This document shows, piece after piece, positions 58,402 to 64,000 of a stretch of DNA of 64,000 bases. Position 1 is the first letter of the stretch, and each line of letters begins with the position of its first letter. A program made the position numbers and the translations under genes. Source of the stretch: an uncultured delta proteobacterium. Lineage in GTDB: Bacteria > Desulfobacterota > BSN033 > UBA1163. A model generated the notes under the pieces. That model saw nothing but the letters and a program-made list of their open reading frames with translations, was not told the DNA's origin and ran no database searches. Location: NCBI GenBank assembly GCA_963711845.1, contig CAVQFR010000007.1, positions 2,165 to 66,164 of the forward strand, in the 5' to 3' direction.

Positions 58402-59340
58402 CTAGACCCCTCGAACCCCAGAATCCTTGAACCCTTTAATGTGTTCTTCGACAATCGCTGCAAGGGCCTCTATGAATTGCTCAGAAAAATTAAGGGAAGC
58501 AGTTCTTTTCAATATCATCCCCATGGATTCAGCCTTCCCTCGATAGAGGATATCAATATCGTAAAGTACTTCAATGTGATCTGCAACAAATCCGATGGGG
58601 ATGATGAGGATCCCTCGAACCTTTTGCCGTGAGAGTTCGGTCAGGAGAGATTCTACATCCGGACCCAGCCACTCCTCAGGTCCCATCCCCCGGCTCTGAA
58701 AACCAATATGCCAGGGAAGGGGTTCAATCTTTTTAAGAACCTCTTGGACACTCTCCTCCATATCCTTGACGTAGGGTTCATTCTCCACAAGAGATTTTGG
58801 AAGACTGTGGGCAGAGAAGATGAGATGAACCTTCTGTCTCTCTTCCGGAGTGAATTGTATCAACCCCTCCTCGATCTTCTCTTGAATCGCCCCGAGGAAG
58901 AGAGGATGAAGATGCCATCCCTCCACAAAAGAAATTTCCGTCTTCTCCCCAATATTTTTTTTTAGTTGATTCACTTCTTCGATATAAGCTCCTGTGCTCG
59001 CACGGGACCGAAAAGGCGCCATCGGAAGAGCGATGACCTCATGGATCCCATCCTCGGCAATCTTTTTCAATGTCTCTTCAATCAGAGGGTGCCCATAACG
59101 CATTCCTACATAGGATTTGAACGGGTAGCCCTTCGCACCAAGACTCTTCTCCAGAGCTTTTGCCTGTTTGAAGGTGATCTCCGGAAGAGGCGAGCGTCCT
59201 CCGATCAGGCGATAACGCTCCTTGATCCTTTCCAATTGTTCTGAAGAAGGTTTTCTGCCTCTGAAGAGACGGGTCAAAAAGGGTTCGACCTCGTCAAGAG
59301 AGCGGGGCCCTCCGAAGGCTAAAAGGAGAATGGCTTTCAT
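58402..59340 (-). CDS. hemH: Ferrochelatase (coproporphyrin ferrochelatase type)
   Basis: Start chosen at MKAILLLAFGGPRSLDEVEPFL, a typical ferrochelatase N-terminus. Further blocks: RYRLIGGRSPL and …FSAHSLP…. Confidence 0.8.
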   Translation of the reverse strand: MKAILLLAFGGPRSLDEVEPFLTRLFRGRKPSSEQLERIKERYRLIGGRSPLPEITFKQAKALEKSLGAKGYPFKSYVGMRYGHPLIEETLKKIAEDGIHEVIALPMAPFRSRASTGAYIEEVNQLKKNIGEKTEISFVEGWHLHPLFLGAIQEKIEEGLIQFTPEERQKVHLIFSAHSLPKSLVENEPYVKDMEESVQEVLKKIEPLPWHIGFQSRGMGPEEWLGPDVESLLTELSRQKVRGILIIPIGFVADHIEVLYDIDILYRGKAESMGMILKRTASLNFSEQFIEALAAIVEEHIKGFKDSGVRGV

Positions 59341-59436
59341 AAATACTTCAGTTTGAGGCTGGAGGATTGAGGCAAATTCTATTACGTCTAACCTCAAGCG
59401 CCTGTCTATCGGCAGGCGGCGCTCCTCCAACCTTTG

Positions 59437-60510
59437 CTATCCCTTTTTTGAACTATATTGATGAACCGCCTCGATCAAGGCGGTGACATGATCGGGAGGG
59501 GTGGTGGGGAGGATTCCATGGCCAAGGTTGAAAATGTGGCCAGGCCGACCTCCGACGCTATCAAGGATCTTCTTAACATTCTTCTCGATCAAATCCACCG
59601 GGCCAAATAGAATAACAGGATCGAGGTTTCCCTGGATAGCGACATCATACCCCAGACGTGCCCAGGCCTCGCCGATATTCACCCGCCAATCCACTCCAAT
59701 CACATCTCCGCCTGCGCGTTTCATCAGTTCCAAAAGCGTCGAATTGGAGGTGGCGAAATGAACGAGAGGAACGCTCTTGCCCACACCCTCAATCACCTTT
59801 TTGGAATAAGGGAGAACATACTCCTCGTAATCGCTCGGGGTCAAGCATCCCACCCAGGAGTCAAAAATCTGAACCGCCTGGACACCCGATCGAATCTGGG
59901 CGTTGAGATAACGAATCAACACCTCCGAAATCTTCTCCATTAAAGCATCCCATGTGGGACGGTCCTGGTACATCAGGCTCTTCGTGAGAACGTAGTTATT
60001 CGAATGACCCCCTTCGATGATATAACTTGCAAGAGTGAAAGGGGCACCGGAGAATCCGATCAAAGGGACCTTTCCTTCCAATTCTTTTCGAACGATCCGA
60101 ATCGCCTTCATGAGAAAAGGGATTTCCTCTTCCGGTTCGATGAGCCTCAGTCGCTCCACGTCCTTTCTCTCCCGGAGGGGATGATGGAAAACAGGGCCTT
60201 CCCCTTTGGCAAACTCAAACTCCACCCCCATCGGTTCCAGGGGAATGAGGATATCGGAGAAGATGATGGCCGCATCGAGCTTAAACTTCTCAATGGGCTG
60301 GAGCGTCACCTTCGCTGCCAGTTCGGGATTTTTGCACATTTCCAGGAAAGAGTATTTCTTCCGGAGCGCCCGGTACTCCTTCATATAACGTCCCGCCTGG
60401 CGCATCAGCCAGATGGGCGTATAGGGTGTACGTTCTCTTCGACAAGCCATCAGGAAAGGATATTGATTCTTCACGTTCGAATAATTTGCATTCGCAATCA
60501 TAAATCCCAA
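59437..60510 (-). CDS. hemE: Uroporphyrinogen decarboxylase
   Basis: 357 aa. TPIWLMRQAGRYMKEYR is the HemE signature. Length and further blocks are consistent with HemE. Confidence 0.85.
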   Translation of the reverse strand: MGFMIANANYSNVKNQYPFLMACRRERTPYTPIWLMRQAGRYMKEYRALRKKYSFLEMCKNPELAAKVTLQPIEKFKLDAAIIFSDILIPLEPMGVEFEFAKGEGPVFHHPLRERKDVERLRLIEPEEEIPFLMKAIRIVRKELEGKVPLIGFSGAPFTLASYIIEGGHSNNYVLTKSLMYQDRPTWDALMEKISEVLIRYLNAQIRSGVQAVQIFDSWVGCLTPSDYEEYVLPYSKKVIEGVGKSVPLVHFATSNSTLLELMKRAGGDVIGVDWRVNIGEAWARLGYDVAIQGNLDPVILFGPVDLIEKNVKKILDSVGGRPGHIFNLGHGILPTTPPDHVTALIEAVHQYSSKKG

Positions 60511-62134
60511 ATATCATAAACTTCGAATTCGATGATCGATATCGAAACAATTCGGCATTTACTGTCGACTGAATCTCTCCGTCAATTCGCCCTGCTAATC
60601 GAATGAGCGGCAAGGCTACACACTTGCATTTGTGCTTAACTCTTTCCTTCCAATCCCTGAGCAGCTGGATAAGCAATCTTACCCCAGCACCCGTGCCGCC
60701 TCTTGGGATATAGGGCCTCTCTTTTTCTATCGACGCGGGTCCGGCAATATCGAGATGAACCCATGGAATCTTTTCCACGAATTTGCTCAAGAAGATCCCT
60801 CCGATGATGGCGCCTGCGGCCCGCGTTCCCACATTCCTGAAATCCGCCGCATCACTTTTCAGATATTCAAAATACTCATCCCAGAGAGGAAATCTCCAGG
60901 CTTTTTCCCCTGTCTTCGAAGAAGCCTCTTCGATCCGTTTCAGGAGGGCATCGTCATTACCGAAAAGTCCGATGACAAAGTCTCCTAAGGCAACCACGCA
61001 AGCCCCCGTCAATGTGGCGAGGTCAATGATCGCCTTCGGTTGATACCGTAGACTAAAGGTGAGGGCGTCCGAAAGAATCAGCCTTCCTTCCGCATCAGTA
61101 CTGATCACTTCGACCGTCTGCCCGGAAAGGGTCTTCAAAATATCACCGGGCTTATAGGCCCTTCCGCTTGGGAGATTTTCTGTCGCAGGCATGATCCCAA
61201 CCAGATGGAAAGGAAGCTGGAGCCTGGAGGCAGCTTGCAGGGAGGCTAATACTGCCGCAGCCCCGGACATATCGTCTTTCATCCGCTCCATATTCTCCGA
61301 GGGTTTGATCGAAATCCCCCCGCTGTCAAACGTGATCCCCTTCCCTACCAACGCGATGGTATCCAATCCCTTCCCCTTATTATATTCAAGAACGATAAAC
61401 TTCCCGGGCTCCTGGCTTCCCTTGGCCACGGCGACAAAGGCTCCCATTCCCATGGCCTCTGCCTGACTTACCTCCAATACCTGAACCTCCATTCCATAAT
61501 CTTTCGCAATCTTTTTAGCTTTTTCAGCCAGAAGAGTGGGGGTGACCTCATTGCTGGGTCCATTGACCAGATCCCTCGCCAGGTAGACCGCTTCTGAAAT
61601 GGTTTGTCCTATCCTGAGACCATCGCCGATCAACTTAATGTCTTTGTCTTTCTCCCCAAGAAGTTTGACTTCTCCAATCTCTTTAATCTTATCCCGTTCG
61701 AGTGTCTTAAAATCATTGAACTGGTAAACGCCGAGGAGGAGCCCGGTCACAAAAGATTCAGCCAGCTCCGCCTCCGAATGGCCTTCAAAGCTCTTTATCG
61801 GAAAAGCAAACTGTTTGATCCCTGAATTCCGGATAAACTGGCCGGCTTTTGATGCAGCCCCCCGCCATTTTTCTAAATCGAATTCGCCTTTCTTGCCCAG
61901 GCCGGTCAGGAGCACCCTCCGGGCGGGAAGAGCACCCTGCGTGTGAAGGAGGCGGCATTCAAACAACTCTCCCTTAAAATCTCCCTGTTTGATCAGGGTC
62001 GAGATAAATCCTTTCCACTCCAGGTCCACGCTCTGGATGGGTCCTTCCAGCGGCTCGGGAGATTCATAAGAAAAAAGGAGAAGAAGTTCACAGGAATATT
62101 TTTCAGGTCTGCCTTTTTCTACCCGGATGTCCAT
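60290..62134 (-). CDS. pepA: Leucyl aminopeptidase (M17 family); the 3' end is uncertain because the ORF reads ~220 nt into the hemE start
   Basis: M17 signature NTDAEGRL (VISTDAEGRLILSDAL) plus the catalytic blocks. The protein should end near …GVRLLIQLLRDWKE (~60600). The long junk tail that follows suggests a masked stop, probably from an indel. Confidence 0.75.
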   Translation of the reverse strand: MDIRVEKGRPEKYSCELLLLFSYESPEPLEGPIQSVDLEWKGFISTLIKQGDFKGELFECRLLHTQGALPARRVLLTGLGKKGEFDLEKWRGAASKAGQFIRNSGIKQFAFPIKSFEGHSEAELAESFVTGLLLGVYQFNDFKTLERDKIKEIGEVKLLGEKDKDIKLIGDGLRIGQTISEAVYLARDLVNGPSNEVTPTLLAEKAKKIAKDYGMEVQVLEVSQAEAMGMGAFVAVAKGSQEPGKFIVLEYNKGKGLDTIALVGKGITFDSGGISIKPSENMERMKDDMSGAAAVLASLQAASRLQLPFHLVGIMPATENLPSGRAYKPGDILKTLSGQTVEVISTDAEGRLILSDALTFSLRYQPKAIIDLATLTGACVVALGDFVIGLFGNDDALLKRIEEASSKTGEKAWRFPLWDEYFEYLKSDAADFRNVGTRAAGAIIGGIFLSKFVEKIPWVHLDIAGPASIEKERPYIPRGGTGAGVRLLIQLLRDWKERVKHKCKCVALPLIRLAGRIDGEIQSTVNAELFRYRSSNSKFMIFGIYDCECKLFEREESISFPDGLSKRTYTLYAHLADAPGGTLYEGVPGAPEEILFPGNVQKSRTGSEGDAPAH

Positions 62135-62274
62135 AGTACCCTCAAGTTACTTTCTCCCGAATTGAAATTCGAAACAAATGCAAATGCCCAAGACTAAAAT
62201 GACTGAAGCCGATCAATAATGCTCTTTGAGCATTCTTTGTTTCGCAATTCGCATTTCGCCTTCGCGACCTTCTA

Positions 62275-63480
62275 TTATTCTCTTTCTTTCAATTTTGACA
62301 CCGTGATCGATCGGCTCTCTTCTACCGTCGAAAATTCCTTCACCTTATTCACCAAAGAAGGAGGCCAACCTCCTCGACCCATGATCTTCGCCAGCATCCA
62401 TGGATTCAAATCAGAAACCTCCATCCACTTCCCTGCCTTCTTGATCATCTCATCCAGTGTTTTTCGATTGGGATCACCCTTGAGAGGATACTTTTCTTTC
62501 CTCTCTATTTTAACTTTAGCCACATGGTCGCCTCCGAAGATCGCGTCGAGTTCCTCCCTCCGGGCATACGCATAGAGCGCCTCCTCCATCTGGGCTAACT
62601 CGACATCGATCTCCTCATTAAAAAGCCTTTTCTTTTCTTTCATCTCCACATATTGATTGACCAAGGCGACCCCTTCTTCGTTCAAATACTCATTCGGCGG
62701 AAGGCTTCCCGTTGCGATGAGATGTTTTCTTCTGGGGCAGAATCCCTGATAATCGCACCAATTACAAAGAGGCCCTTCTTTCGGAAAGAAGGTTCTGTCC
62801 GTTTCAATCCTCCGGATGAGTTCTAAAGTCGTCCGGCGGAGTTGATGAAGCTTATCGGGTGTTCTTGAAGAATGTATTTCCGTATCGAAGGTGAGGTAAT
62901 GCCAGATGAGTTTGACTTCCTGAACGCCCTGCCACTTTTCCGAAACCCCCATTTGATAAAAAGCCAGCTGCCGGTCTGAATCGACATCTTCCTGAGTGGG
63001 GAGCCTGTTGGAGGTCTTGTAATCGTGGATTTCGAGGACAGAGCTGTCCACCAAGGTCACGCGGTCGATATAACCTCGGATCCAACAATCTTTTTCTTCC
63101 TCCAACGGGAAGGTCATATACTCTTCGAGACCCAACGTTTTTCCTTGATCAAATGGATAATACCGCTTGTAATAGTCCGTGATACATTTCTCTCCAAGGC
63201 GGCGGTAGTCTTCGGCGCTGTAATCCTTTCGCACAATCCGGATCATCTCATTCCAATTTTTTTCCCAATCCTGATGGTAGAAGCTGAGGAGCTCTTCCAG
63301 GGTATTGAGTTTGGTCACTTTCAGGTCCCGATAGACCTTCTCCAAGGCATCGTGTACCCTTGAACCCATGAACGCCTCAATGCCTTCCGTCTCGACCTCA
63401 ATCTTATCGATGTAGGCGAGTTTGTACTGGTGGGGGCATTTCTCATAGGTTGAAAGTTGTGAGTGAGAATAGGTCGGCAT
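62275..63480 (-). CDS. PD-(D/E)XK (RecB/Cas4-like) nuclease with C-terminal Cys cluster
   Basis: 401 aa. Motifs I to III: E…, IHDYKTS (D-x-K). N-terminal Cys (YEKCPHQYKL) plus CNWCDYQGFCPRR gives a four-Cys arrangement like Cas4/AddB Fe-S nucleases. No CRISPR array nearby. Confidence 0.6.
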   Translation of the reverse strand: MPTYSHSQLSTYEKCPHQYKLAYIDKIEVETEGIEAFMGSRVHDALEKVYRDLKVTKLNTLEELLSFYHQDWEKNWNEMIRIVRKDYSAEDYRRLGEKCITDYYKRYYPFDQGKTLGLEEYMTFPLEEEKDCWIRGYIDRVTLVDSSVLEIHDYKTSNRLPTQEDVDSDRQLAFYQMGVSEKWQGVQEVKLIWHYLTFDTEIHSSRTPDKLHQLRRTTLELIRRIETDRTFFPKEGPLCNWCDYQGFCPRRKHLIATGSLPPNEYLNEEGVALVNQYVEMKEKKRLFNEEIDVELAQMEEALYAYARREELDAIFGGDHVAKVKIERKEKYPLKGDPNRKTLDEMIKKAGKWMEVSDLNPWMLAKIMGRGGWPPSLVNKVKEFSTVEESRSITVSKLKERE

Positions 63481-63715
63481 TGTCTATCCCCTTCGGGCTC
63501 CCATCCGGCTTTCTTGTAGCAAATGGCCTGTCGTACGACAGGCAATGATCAACTATTTTTAACAAGAAAAAGGGGTTCTGTCAAAAGATGAGAACCCCAG
63601 TGAGGGAGAGCCGGTGGATAAGACATTATGGGTTTACCCCGTTAGAAATAATGCCTCGCTCCTCTGCAGCGGGGATGAAAACTATTCCTTTTTCAGCGAA
63701 CACGGGGTTCAAAGC

Positions 63716-63757
63716 CCCGTGTGAGCCCTCCCGTTAGAAATAAGAAGACTTTCTAAC
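63716..63757. repeat. REP-like palindromic hairpin of the CCCGTTAGAAA … TTTCTAACGGG family; terminator of the FKBP gene
   Basis: cccgttagaaa / taagaagac / tttctaacggg. It includes the inverted 17-mer GTAAACCCCGTTAGAAA (63741-63757), identical to 5615-5631. A half-copy lies at 63633-63650. Nested hairpins lie at 63691-63711 and 63572-63598. Confidence 0.6.
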
Positions 63758-64000
63758 GGGGTTTACTTGACGGAAATCAGTTCCACCTCAAAGATGAGAG
63801 TGCTGTTGGGGGGGATCTGTCCTCCTCCCGCGCTTTCCCCATAGGCCAGCTCAGGGGGAATGAAAAGTTGCCACCTGGAGCCTCCTTTCATCAATTGCAA
63901 AGCCTCGCTCCATCCTCGGATGACACTCTTTACCTGAAAGGTTGACGGCTGGCCTTTCTTGTAGGAACTATCAAACTCGCTACCATTGATGAGAGTGCCC
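63754..64000 (-). CDS. FKBP-type peptidyl-prolyl cis-trans isomerase, C-terminal part (gene continues beyond the window)
   Basis: Reverse-strand translation reads …GTLINGSEFDSSYKKGQPSTFQVKSVIRGWSEALQLMKGGSRWQLFIPPELAYGESAGGGQIPPNSTLIFEVELISVK*, a canonical FKBP domain. Confidence 0.75.

Noticed and set aside
1-64000. Programmed ribosomal frameshifting or phase variation as the explanation for split genes
   Set aside because: The events are too numerous and occur in unrelated housekeeping and signalling genes. All sit in short homopolymers with no slippery heptamer or pseudoknot context. Sequencing indels are the simpler explanation.
1-64000. tRNA, rRNA, CRISPR array, integrase or transposase
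   Set aside because: No T-loop-like GTTCRANYC motifs in cloverleaf context were seen in intergenic regions. No regularly spaced direct repeats with unique spacers were seen. No ORF has recombinase or transposase motifs.

Overview
This 64 kb window reads as bacterial chromosome, probably from an anaerobe or microaerophile. The pointers to that are an in-frame UGA (selenocysteine) in a thioredoxin-fold gene, an hcp (hybrid-cluster protein) remnant, a B12-binding radical SAM enzyme and a coproporphyrin-type hemE-hemH-hemY cluster. Signal-transduction genes dominate the window.

Main content:
- **Two-component and regulator genes:** a hybrid histidine kinase followed by a stand-alone receiver protein, and a MalT/STAND-type NTPase regulator carrying a C-terminal BTAD plus winged-helix domain.
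- **Partner-switching genes:** a PDZ / multi-TM / GAF / PP2C phosphatase, an RsbW-like kinase and an RsbV-like STAS protein, with two paralogous GAF histidine kinases that carry Cys-rich C-terminal tails.
- **Nucleotide cyclase block (28.8-45.8 kb):** five or six class III cyclase genes. Three are membrane-anchored cyclase-TPR paralogs; one of them is badly degraded. Two are tandem ~1,100 aa proteins built as double-Zn-ribbon, cyclase, STAND ATPase and TPR. There is also one deletion remnant, and a class II cNMP phosphodiesterase lies next to the block.
- **Redox operon:** a Sec-containing TlpA-like oxidoreductase, a Trx-CcdA/DsbD-family fusion, a USP and lipoproteins.
- **Other genes:** a HepT/MntA toxin-antitoxin pair, a secreted thrombospondin-type-3-repeat giant protein with a HExxH protease, lnt, a cfa-like methyltransferase with a B12-binding radical SAM partner, an Fe-S aldo/keto reductase, pncA, pepA, a Cas4-like PD-(D/E)XK nuclease, and a partial FKBP gene at the window edge.
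- **Repeats and remnants:** several small repeat families (REP-like hairpins, GC-rich palindromes, MITE-like ~120 bp direct repeats) and gene remnants (hcp, cyclase) give the region an accessory, duplication-prone character.

Data-quality caveat: at least a dozen genes are interrupted by single-base frame changes, nearly all inside short homopolymer runs (A5-6, T5, G7, CC). I read these as sequencing or assembly indels, not as pseudogenisation or programmed recoding, so affected genes are reported as merged spans. I found no tRNA, rRNA, CRISPR array, integrase or transposase.
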